Source of the DNA: Pocillopora damicornis
Lineage: Eukaryota
Reading direction: 5' to 3'
NCBI RefSeq assembly: GCF_003704095.1
Contig: NW_020845558.1
Location: 744,001 to 808,000, forward strand
Length of the DNA: 64,000 nt
Shown: piece by piece, positions 25,762 to 37,354 of the stretch
Layout of the letters: the number at the start of each line of letters is the position of its first letter
Position numbering within the stretch: position 1 is the stretch's first letter
Translations under genes and position numbers: made by a program
Notes under the pieces: model-generated
Told to the model about the DNA's origin: nothing
Database searches by the model: none
Seen by the model: the letters and a program-made list of their open reading frames with translations, nothing else

Positions 25762-26430
25762 CTTTTTCTTTCAATACTTAATGAGCGGAAAACAGGTATC
25801 GCTATTATAAATACATTTTTAACTTCCAGTGTTTCTCTCTCCTTATTTTTTATACAGTGATCTTCATCTGCTCCACAACAAACAAAGAAAATCTCGGCCT
25901 TCTGTAGAAAAATATAAAATTCAGATCGCTTCGATTTGGATCCGAGAGAGTATGGCCAAGACTTCTGCATTTTTTAAACATTGCCGAAAAATGCATGTTA
26001 CACCACAAGGCGTTTGTGATGCCTGCAAACCCACGCCTCGTTTTCGTGCTGTGAGAAATTCGTGGAAACACTTTTTATTATATGATTTTACAGCTGCTCA
26101 TTTGTTGTAAAAAAACTCTCTCTTATTCATATTCTTGTCATATATAAAAGTTGACCTAAATTATTGCTCACATTAGGCTATTTCTTCGCAGCTTGAGCAA
26201 GGAGTACACCCAAAAGACGATTCAATTCTTATCCTGACCAAATATCGTCCACAGTTGTTTGTAAACGTTTTTGATTGGCTAACAATGAAAGCTGTTCATA
26301 AAATATCGTTTAAATAGCCGATTCATTCAGTGACAGAGTTATTTCACTCTAGAATACCAAACAATAGCTTTAAGCGGCTCGAGCAGTGTTTACTGACAAT
26401 ATCGGCCCTTTCTTCAGTGACAGGACAAAA

Positions 26431-26487
26431 ATGAGGTCACTTCTTGCGATAACGACCTTCGTTACTGTCGTGTCACTCTCGATTCAG
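26431..26487 (+). pseudogene. PLA2 relic (promoter, exon 1 and part of intron 1 only)
   Basis: MRSLLAITTFVTVVSLSIQ|GT is paralogous to exon 1 of gene C. Upstream and intron-1 homology is visible, then the sequence jumps to the 3' flank homologue (27205 matches 24385) without exons 2-5. Confidence 0.8.
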
Positions 26488-29400
26488 GTAGATGTCAACG
26501 CAACTTTAAAACAAACGAAAGCTACCAATATTCTAAGTATTTTTAAGCGGGGATTATGGAAATTTTCCATTGAATAGGAGGAAAACCTCGAAATATTAGT
26601 TGGATAAGCTTAAGAGGTTCCATCAAGGTAAAATTATTCGGTCAAGAATGACGGATATTACCTCATATTGCGAAGGGCAAACTTACAAAACCTAAGCCGA
26701 TATTGGATTCACAAACCTGAAAGAAGCTCCTTTTCTTTTCCGGTAAACTGGTAAATTCTCTACCGATCTTTTCCGAAAATCTACGAGGGACAATTGGCAT
26801 AAATGCCATCTTAAGAGCAAATTTGTGTTAGTGATGGTGCCATTTCCAGCAATGATAAAAAAAAAACAATATTTCATTTTCTACAAGCAATACAAGAATG
26901 AAGAAAAGTTTGAAGCAGTTCGTTGTTGAAACACTATCATGAAGGCAGTAAGACAGATAACATTAATATTGATTCGAGAATTATCCTTATTAGGACTCCC
27001 TCACTTTTACTCGATGCAGCCGTCATGTGAGTCTGATTTTCATGAAAACAGAACTCCCTCTCTATGAAACTGTCCATGAAATTATCCACAAAGCAAGTGC
27101 AACTATGAAAGAAATATAAACTCCCCAAGAGTGTATCAGGTTAAGAAATGAATCTACCATAGAGGCCTCATTCCTTAGCACATACCATTACCATTTTTTT
27201 ATAACCCCAGTTTTCGGCGATCTAAGGACAATTCGGAAATTAAGCACTGAATTACTCTCTTTTAATTTTTTTCGACAAGGGTGACCTTCAATACACGTCT
27301 GTTCATTCAGTACCAAAACACTAACTTTATTGAAGGTCTGTGTAACATTTATTGTTACATTTCAAACGAGAGATATATTGTAGGGGCCAAATGATTATGA
27401 TTGTCCTCGCTCACAAAGGGATAGTCAAACTGATTGCGTTTTGTAAGAAAAAGTAACCTCAAAACTTCGATTACGAAAGCTTCTAGCTTGAATATCCCTT
27501 AGGAACCTAGCCAAAGCTTACCTGTGACGTAACAGAATTGGGCTCACAACATGGCTGTTTTGTAGTAGTTTGCTTTCTGGTGTTTTCTGTTTTGTAATTC
27601 TATTTGAGAAGTCATGCGTGCACTGCAAGGTTTCTGATTTGTTCTCAAAGTGACGGCAACCGAAGGAAATGATGAGGGAATAATACCTACTTGGTGGATT
27701 CAGTTTCTTAACTTGCTGCTCACGATGTTGGTAGAGATGATTTTTGTCGTCGCTTGTTATCACTTCAGTAGGATAAAGAATGCTATTAATTGTTAGTTGT
27801 ATTACTTCACGAAACTGAATACAAGGGGATCTGAAATACATCTCAGTTACTTTACCCTACAAAATAACTATGTTTGGAGCGCATGTTTCCTGGTGCCTTC
27901 TTGTTAATGAAGCTCTTGTTCTTCTCACTGGTTCTTCATTCTGCCTCAGCACTGTTGTTCATTTTAAGTGGGTGCTTTCACTAGTTTCTCACGACCTCTC
28001 GAGACTTTCGTGACTCGGTAATAATTATGAAATTAGGAGAACATCTATTGTCTTCCTGCAACAAACGTTTTTTTCTGTCAAGTCATAAATGCAATAGACC
28101 AGCTTTCACGGGTTTTATGTCGTCCTTCACCCACTTGGGGTATTGAAAGAACAATCTCAAATACTTGTAAATCAAGAGTCGTGTGGCGAGTGACCACTTT
28201 TTTAAAATATTATTATTTTCTCCAAAATTCCGGGTGAGTTTATGGCGCTCAAAAACTGCAAGATTGTGGTATATTTACCTAGAAAAAGTACTTTATCACC
28301 AATACCCAGACTTACAATGGCAGGTGATCACCTGAGTGCGGAACTCCGAGTCAAAACAAACACTCTTGGTGTTCAAGTTGCAATTCATTTTGTGATGAAT
28401 TATTGAGTCTATAAAAAGTAAAATTTCCTTTTTGGTGATGATTATTGAAAATTTTTGCCCCTTCCAGAATTAGATTTATTGTGATCCAAAAAATCGCATT
28501 TTAATGGAAGAATAATCACATTATGGTTAAATTTAGACTATCCCAACAATATCGTATTCATTTACTCCTCCTGCGTGGCGTCACTTGAACAGATGCTGAA
28601 AATCTCCTTATTGAGGCTTTTAGCTGTTTGCTTAGCAAATGTTTGAAGTCTAAAACTGTTAGTTTACGACGCTTTCTCAGATAAAAGTGAAGTGAACTCA
28701 CCGACCATTGGTTGACAGGGATTATAACAAAACACAGCAATCATTACTATAAAAAAAACTCACAATTTAAATTCTTCTGGAAATGTGTTTGGCTCTCTTC
28801 CAGCGGTCTTCTATCTCAGAAATTATGATGAGGATGGGATAAAAATAGAACCAAAATGCTTTTCATCAAAATGAAGCCAATGAAAGCTTCATTCGGCTCT
28901 TTCTGGCGACCGAAGACGACTCGAGAACCAGAAAGAGGGACATAAAGTCATTTTTCTTTGATAGCACCGACGACTGGTGACAGGGCCCTCAGGAGATTTG
29001 GATAAAAAAAGAACAGATTCAGTCAATAAGCCAATTTTGAAGCATTTCTTAAAAATACAGAGTTCTTCAATTAATTTCATTCTACCGTAGACGAACGACC
29101 TTGAAATTCCCCTTCTTTCTGAGCTACTTAATTCAATTGACTAACTTCCGACAGAACGTAATCAAAAAAAGAAAGTTATGTTTGCTTGGAGGCAACCCCT
29201 TTTGTAATCATTTGGTGCACTTAAAAGACAGTGCCAACACCTTTGAGGCATTGGAACACTATCATGCAGGGATTAGATGAGAGTAGTTTGGGAAGTCAGC
29301 ACATTTTTAACGAAAACAAAGATTTATGCTTTACCATTCGGTTCCAAGCCACAAACCGCCCTCGTCCACCGGTCTGGAAGACATTGAAATTTATTACATT

Positions 29401-30307
29401 TCGAAGTGCATGCATTTTATAGCTCACTTAATGGAAGTAATTATGTTATTGCATCAGCAAATCTACGAAACAGGAGAAAATATAACTCTTCATTGTCTTG
29501 AACGCGACATAAATACATGGGCATGAAACCAACGTGACTTGGCTCTTTTATTTTCTCCTGAAAAGGTAAGCTGTTTGCACTAACCAAATGAACAAAAACA
29601 CAGCTGCAAAATGCTCTGCAATAGTGATTCATATCTCTCGACCGTGTCCTTGACTTTGAGAATTCCTCTTCGAATAAAACGGAAAAAAGTTGTCGAGATT
29701 TAAAGGTTCCAAAAACCTCAATGTAGATAACAAGTCCTGTTTTCTTCCCTCAACCAGCTGCAGATAACATTATTCTTAAATCTTTTGAGCAACGCGATTT
29801 ACATATTCAATTTTTTTAAACAAATTTAGAAATTCCATTTGCTTCTTTGGGACAATCAAAATCTTATATTAGAAAAAAAGAATAAACGAGGCAACTGTTA
29901 ACTCTAACTTTCCATCACAGTAAATCCTGCCTAAAGCCCGTGCATATATTTCCAAGAAAAATCGTGTTTCATTGGTTACTGTAAGGCTTACGTGCGCAGC
30001 GCGCTAAGAGAAACTTATCCACAATATTGGATAATGCTCTTTCAAAATAACTCCGTTTTTGCCGCTGGTGGTAGTGAAAAGATGAAAACTTAATACAACT
30101 CTGCCGGTGAGTCTGGCCGGTGAGCCGGTTGAATACTATTTCCTCGCCTTCCTTGTTCGCTAAGGTTTTTTGCTTTCATGTGCGGAGCCCAGCTGATGTA
30201 AATTTTATATCCTTTTCAGGTGATAAATCTTTGCATGAAACAAGTTGTTGATTAACGTGTTAGAAGTAATCAAGACTTGAGTTTGAGAAGGTCTTCGTGG
30301 GTAGCAT

Positions 30308-31291
30308 ATGAAAATGGTCTCTGCAGAGGTAAAGATACCTTTAAGCATTTTGGCAGTCCTTGTTATGTTCACTAATGGCGTAGTTTGCTTTCTGGTGTGT
30401 ATCAACAAAAATTTAAGGACATACACCAATGGATTTATCGTTTCATTGGCGGTGTCTGATATCTTGGTAGGGGTCACACTATTTCTTCAGTACGCCCTAT
30501 CAGTAAAAGAAGCAGTGACCCTAAATATCTTGTACACCACAGCTTTGGTTGGAAGTGTGGCAAATTTGAGCGCTGTAACTTTCGACCGATACGTCGCTTG
30601 TATGAGGCCCTTCAATTACGCGAACACTATCGTCAAGTCTTTTTTCCCAATCGTGGCATTTTGTTGGATCATGGCTGTAGTCTGCGCAGTTCTTCCACTC
30701 TCTTGGACTGACAGCGATGTAGCAGGCTTGGCTCTGAGAATTTATCAGATTTGTATTCTCCTTCTGGGTATTGCGATACCTTATGTCTGCATCTTTATCA
30801 GCTACGTGCGAATTTCCCGCCAAGTTCGTAAAATTGTAACGAGAGAGAGAAAACTGGTCAATTCCGTAAAGGCATGTCCCAGAGCAGATTTAAGAGCAAG
30901 GAGGGTGTCCTCGGAGGCAAAGGTTACTAAAGTGTTCGTTGTAATAGCCGTAATGTTTGTTTTGAGCTGGTTGCCAATTATATGGACTACTTTGGTCTAC
31001 GCACTCGGGAAGCCGCAGCTATTGCCCAAGCACGTTGCCCTACTCTCGCCATTCACGCTAGCCTTTGGCTCTATTGTAAATCCTTTACTGTATTCATTCA
31101 TGAAGCCAGACTTTAAGTCTGTATTTAGGAAACTTTTTCATTTGAACAAAGTGCCGCAGCGGTCGCGGAGGGAACAGCATCTTTCACGGAATAACACGAG
31201 TGAATTTCCTGCCCCAAGCGCTGTAACAACTCCTTCCACATTAAACTTGCAGTCAGTGGCGCTAATAAATATTTCACAGATCTCTAGTTAA
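30308..31291 (+). CDS. intronless class A (rhodopsin-like) GPCR, orphan, 327 aa
   Basis: Seven hydrophobic segments; TM1 Asn (TNG), LAVSD, DRY, TM4 Trp, TM5 Pro, SWLP, NPLLY, helix 8 FKSVF. Confidence 0.95.
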   Translation: MKMVSAEVKIPLSILAVLVMFTNGVVCFLVCINKNLRTYTNGFIVSLAVSDILVGVTLFLQYALSVKEAVTLNILYTTALVGSVANLSAVTFDRYVACMRPFNYANTIVKSFFPIVAFCWIMAVVCAVLPLSWTDSDVAGLALRIYQICILLLGIAIPYVCIFISYVRISRQVRKIVTRERKLVNSVKACPRADLRARRVSSEAKVTKVFVVIAVMFVLSWLPIIWTTLVYALGKPQLLPKHVALLSPFTLAFGSIVNPLLYSFMKPDFKSVFRKLFHLNKVPQRSRREQHLSRNNTSEFPAPSAVTTPSTLNLQSVALINISQISS

Positions 31292-32618
31292 TGCATGGGA
31301 AAAGCCTCACAAGATCTCAACAAAATAAAAGATAATGCAAGGGTGTCTCGTTTATTGACCGAATTGTAAAACAAAGAACAGCTGGTAAGGTTAATAGGAC
31401 GAAGTCTCGAATTTTGAATTAGCACTGAAAAAATGATTTAAAAAAAAAGAAAAAAAGAAAAAAAAAAAAGAAATTCAGTTCCTCTTACACTAATATCAAA
31501 ACGAATAAAGATTAAGTTTTACTTAATAGAATTTACTGACCTTTATCTCAAATATAGAAAGGCAGATGCCTGGTTGATGTATTTAATTATCAGCGAGATA
31601 TTAAAATACAGCTTAAGTGCGCTTTTAAAGTAAGGTTTTGAAATGTGGTGGGTGTTTTATCAAGGTAGCTGTCTTTCACCATAATGAATGTACACTCAAC
31701 GAGATCTGCATAAAAACGAGAATGTAATTTTTCGATGAACGGGTTAATACCTGTCTTTCAAAATATCCTTTTCAGTTGCTACTGTATGCACAAGATAGAA
31801 AGCTTATCACGTAATTCAGATTTTAATTATGCTGACCGTATAAACAAGAGGAAATAAAATCATATATTGTTAAAAATGCGTCATAATTTCGAATCATTGC
31901 TTAGAAATGACAAATGCCAACATGACGAAGTAGAATCTGTTTAGAAAGTGCAGCTGTATACATTTGGATTGCACCGAAAAAGCAAACACAACATTGTCAA
32001 AAGCTGTCAAGAACTTTACGATCCTGAAATAAAAAAATCAATTACTTGAATTGAAAAATATGACAATCTTGAAACCTACGCACGGTGGAAAAGACGTTGT
32101 GAATTGTGTTACGACACGTTACATGAGGCAAACACGAAAAGTGATAAAGATGTTCAAACAAAACGATTAAAAATAGAAAAATCAATAAAGAGATATTTAC
32201 ATCGATCTACGTCCAAATTTAACATGACTTATGTCGCTTAAGGCGTTTTCTTTAGGTAAACAGAACTAAAATTGTATTTCGTCTTGGCGAGGAAGAAAGC
32301 TTTAAATTATAAAGCCTGTAATGGCCTTAAATTCATTAAGCAAGATGATTTATTATCTATGAGTTGCCCTCAAAAGCAATTCCTTCTCATATCTATAACA
32401 CTTGATAACGAATAAGGCGCGATCGTCTTCCGCTCTGTCCCAGATCGCTTTCAATTTTGTGGCGTTTAAAAACTTGTCGTCAAATCGGTGTAGAAAAAAC
32501 TGCAATAGAGTTCGCCTTTCCACATCGTACAAGTTTCCTGCCATGGCGTATGTCTTGAAGGCTTGAATATCTTCTGCGCGGGTTCAGTTCATCCACGTTC
32601 GGTATAGAATTTGAAACA

Positions 32619-35600
32619 TCAGTGGAATCGATATTTCCGTGCCGGTTTGATGTTCACATATGTCTTCTTCATTTCCTCAGACTCCTCTTGCTTCACCAAA
32701 GAAAATCGTTCACCCTTTGTGCTAACGACTTGATTGTCTCGATATCGAACCAGTTTCTTTTCATCCTGTCACAATACCGACAAAAAAAAGGCTGAAAAAG
32801 CTATCTATGTGATTCAATGGCCCTTTGTTACTTAGACACGTCAACATCGCTACAAAAAATGAAAGGTTATCCGTTTAATCTTCCCAGAGATATCAGATTT
32901 TCTAACTCATTGACGACTAGTCTACACTAATGCCCCCATGTCCTGGCTCGCTAACGAGGTTTCTGTGAATCGTAGATTACTATTTTTATTTGTCTTAACC
33001 TCGTGACGGAAGTTTAAACCTTTCTTTAATCGAAAATCGAGGTTTTCATTAACCTAAACGATTTCTTTTGGACAGAAAAAAAACATAATAAGTGTATATT
33101 CACTCACTCAAGAGTCCCGTTTTGTTTTCACCCGTCGAAATTCGTTGAATTTAAAAAACAAAAGCGATTGATTAGTTTTGACCTGTAATTAAGACAGACT
33201 GAAACTAGAGAGAAAAAAAGGGCAACATTCTTCTCACCCGTTTTCACGAAATATTAATTTTACCCCTAATGACGTGTACATGTCTGTCTTAATTATTATA
33301 TACATCTGGCTCTGAATCTATCTGAGTACCTTAGATGTGTTTTCATTTCGTGATTGATCTTTTATCTAGGCACGGTTTTTCTTGGTTATTTATAAGACAC
33401 AAACGAAGCTTAACAGGCTTGGCGATAGGAAAGTCTACTGGGAGAATCTTTCACTCGAAATGTCATTTTTTATTTTCATTTTCATTTCTTCCAAATGCGA
33501 TTTATGCACCACCATATCAAGGAGAATACTGACGTATGATTGGATAATTTGGTTTTATCAATTGTATTGTGTATTGTATTGTGTAGTCATTCGTCATTCG
33601 CTCTCAGCACCACAATTTCTCGTGAAACTCAGAGACCGCTCATTCATTATGAACAGGGGGAAAGGAAAAGAANNNNNNNNNNNNNNNNNNNNNNNNNNNN
33701 NNNNNNNNNNNNNNNNNNNNNNNNNNNNNNNNNNNNNNNNNNNNNNNNNNNNNNNNNNNNNNNNNNNNNNNNGCAGTTGGAAGATGTGTCTACAAAAGGT
33801 AAACTGCATCAAATTTTTCATCTGTTCATGGTATATTCATTTGGTTCTTTTGCGTAAGGAAGACTATGGTTCATCACACCACAAGAGTATGTTGCATGTG
33901 AACCTTATTTATAAATGACTGGACACTTTAACAGTTGGCCAATTCCATAGCCACATGAGTTTTACATGTTTATGATATATACTGTACGTGTATGTGGAAT
34001 GTTTTCAACATTCTTGTATTTGTAAAAGTACAACGCTAGGCAACACAGTAGTTTACTAGTTTGGTATTTTAAAAAGTGACATTCACTTTTAATCAAAAGA
34101 GTGAGGAGCATTGTGTGACATCCTTGAGCAAAAAAAGAAATGTTACTCAGCAGTAATGACAAGCTATCAGGCCGTCCCAGCAAAATGCTGTGAGGAGATC
34201 TTGGATGGACTAGCATTTCATAGATGGGGTAGCAGTACCCCTGTTTACTGTGCACCGGCTGGAATGAGGTTTGGCATGTAGGGTTTTCTATTGTACAGAG
34301 CTTACATTTACTAGTTACATGTATCTCAGCAAAAAGAAGAGATATTCTTTGCTACTCTAGTAAAGCAAAATTGGTTTGTCAGATTTCATCTCAGTACATT
34401 TACAAGTATGTTGCACAGTCACCTAACGATGAAATTCTCATAAAGATCAAGATTGAATCTATCTACCTGTAACTGATAAATTTGCTGAACCACTGGAGTA
34501 AGAAGTAACGAACTAGAGAGAATCAAAACTATAAACTACTTTCTTTGGGAGCCATTTCCATTGCAATGCATATAAAATATTCATATTCTGTATTGAGTGC
34601 TGACTCATTTGTGACCTGTAAAATCAAATTAGAGAAACCGACAAACAAAAAGGTCACCTTTGGAGAAACATGGTCTACAGTTTGATGAACATTCTCCTTC
34701 CATTCTTCATCAATGTTTTCTTTCTTTACTAGCATCAGTTGGACAGCAGACTCAACATCACCATTTGCCACCATCAGACAGTTTTGTATTTCTAAAGAGC
34801 ACGCCTCTGGAAAAACCTCTGTTAGCATCAAAATTTCTTCCCTGAAGCTGTTAATCAGAGTAAGATTTACCTTTGTGATAAAGGCTGATTATATACCCTG
34901 AAAGCTTACCCTCATCTAGAACTCAAGTACAGAAATATGAAAATGACTGTTATTTTAAATCCAATTTTGCAACAGTATGAGTCCTGCAAGTCTCTGAGTT
35001 CTGAATTTTTTTAGCAACCATTAAGCAACAAAGAATGTAACCAAGGACTCCTTTTAAATTTTAATCCAGTTCTGCCTTTTAGCCTGTACAGTAACATCTC
35101 AGATACATTCTCCTTTGGGTTTTTCAAATAAGATGAAATTAAGTGAGTTACTTGACTGTATCAAGTTATTTTCTACATGAAAACAACTAGAAAGCATTGT
35201 ATGTAAAATTTCATCAAGAGAATTTAACCTGTGTCATAGTAATTAGGTCACAATACATGTATTTGCTACATGGTGTAAAATTACAGGAATCTAATAAAAC
35301 AATTTTATCAGAAAATTTTATTTACCTTGCATTGCCTACACTTTCTTTGAGTTTGATATAGTGCTCAGCTTTGGTGTCCTGATTGCAATTACTCTTTGAC
35401 AAGGGTGAGAGCTTGCCTGTCTCAAGTGCAAAACTGTTCGTACCCTGTTCACAGGAACTAAACTGTCTAAGTGAAGTTATTATTTGATGATCTTTAGCAA
35501 TATCACCACTTTGAACACTCTTTGGCTCTAAACTGGCCACTGATCTGCTGCATTTGTCTTCTCTCATCACAGTGTAAGCATCTTAAAGAAGGTTGAAAAG

Positions 35601-37354
35601 AGTTTGTCACACAACAACCAAAGCTGTGCTTAGTTGACCTTCAGGGACTAACCTTTTTTGTATAAATTCACTCTTACCATGTTCAAACATTAGCAAGGCA
35701 CAGTGTGGGTTTCAAGTCAGCCTTTGCAATCACACATAAATATCAACAAAAGCAGTTGCTTTCAGCAAAATCAAACCATGTATTACCCATGCCCTAACCC
35801 GTATCACCAAAAGTTGAATGCTAAGTATTTAGTGGTCAGAGGCCTTGACTCAAAACACAGGTACACAGTCAATCAAGTATTAAAAGACCTTGATTTACCT
35901 GAGAAACTACATGTATTCCTTGCAGTTCTACTCTTGACTAGCTTGTCTGCTAAGTCAAGCATCCAACTTTGAACAGCATCCCTACATGCATAGGATTAAA
36001 AGCTTATCAATAAATCATCTACCAGCATGTTTTCTGTTTTCAATTTGCTGACAACCGACAGAAAGTTAAAGTCCATTGTCTTAGAGAATCCTACACTTAA
36101 TTTCCTATTAGTTGTCATCCTAATTCTCAATAAAACCTTCTTTTAGGTTAAATGGATATATTTGACAAAAGGATGTCTCAAGTCATAATGAAATGAACAT
36201 GTATCCAGTCACAACCACCATAAAGGTCTGCTGATCCTGTATCTAGCACTAAATTTAATCTGAGAGATAACCAACCTAACAAACTGCTAGATGAGCAAGG
36301 TTATTTCATCTGTTACTGAGATTTGTAACTAATTCAAAGAGTAACATTTAAAATTAACTAGAAAAAATTGGTCAATCAGGTTCTAATTTCAGTACTTGTG
36401 AGTCAAGATAACAACTAGGCACCTATTGACTTCATCAAACTCTGGGATATAAGCAGTCATTATTTCAGAGAAGTCATCCACATCAAACTCATCATCTTCA
36501 CCAAGTTGTTCCAAGACATTAACAATATAACCAAGAACAATTTCATCTACAGAACTAGTAAAAACAAAAAGAAAATTTAGAAAAGACAACAAACAAGAGG
36601 CATACTGAGAGAGAGAAAATCACACATGCATACATAAACAAATTCAATTCCCCAAGCATACTTCATATTCCCATTGTGCATTTTGATAACATGTGCATAT
36701 AAATTTACTGGGCCTGTAGAGCAAATTTTTGGATGGGGAAGGGGAGGGCTGGAGACCAATATCTTAGCTTCAACCAACAAGGGGAGGGGGCATACTTAGC
36801 AGAGCAAAACAGTGGGAAAGGAGGATAAAGCCGTCCCCCACCTCTCCCTTTGCATGGTCCCTAGAGGGAATTTTGCTTTGCATGTCATTTAAAATACTGT
36901 GATAATAATGTTCTTAAGCAGTTGGTTCATGCATCAGCTCTGCATTGATTAAGATGTGAGGCACTTGGAAAGTTTTTGAAGCACTCATGAAGGTAAAATT
37001 ATCGCTCTTGCTTGGGTCTAAAATTTTCCAGAATGCTTCATATCTTGATCAGCAAAAATTGTTGCACGAACCAATTCATAATATTGACAGAATTCAGAAT
37101 AAAGTGGCTTCTTAGATAGGCGAGGAAACTGAAACTTTTGAAGCTTATGCATATCTGCACCACAACTTCAAGTCTGCCTTAAGATTTGGGATTCAGGTCA
37201 TGTCAAACAGTGAAGAGTTCATTTACTTAAGACTTATCTGGCATAAATATTAAATCGCATGTATACCACAACTCACTGTATTATACCTTAAGGTTTCAGC
37301 TGGTACTTTCTGCTTTAAAAACTGAATCAGTTCTTCTCTGATAGTTTCCTCCAT
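32619..37354 (-). CDS. CUEDC2: CUE domain-containing protein 2
   Basis: Exons 37354-37287, 36554-36423 ([17 protein letters not shown]...MTAYIPEF), 35981-35899, 35581-35326, 34841-34658 (CUE domain: [32 protein letters not shown]), a possible 34512-34467, one exon probably in gap 33673-33772, and last exon 32765-32619 [19 protein letters not shown]...[19 protein letters not shown], the characteristic CUEDC2 C-terminus. Confidence 0.93.
33673..33772. other. assembly gap (100 N)
   Basis: Run of N. Confidence 1.

Noticed and set aside
33773-33832. Candidate CUEDC2 exon next to the gap
   Set aside because: The in-phase reading hits TAG and lacks the expected conserved residues; the real exon is probably in the gap.
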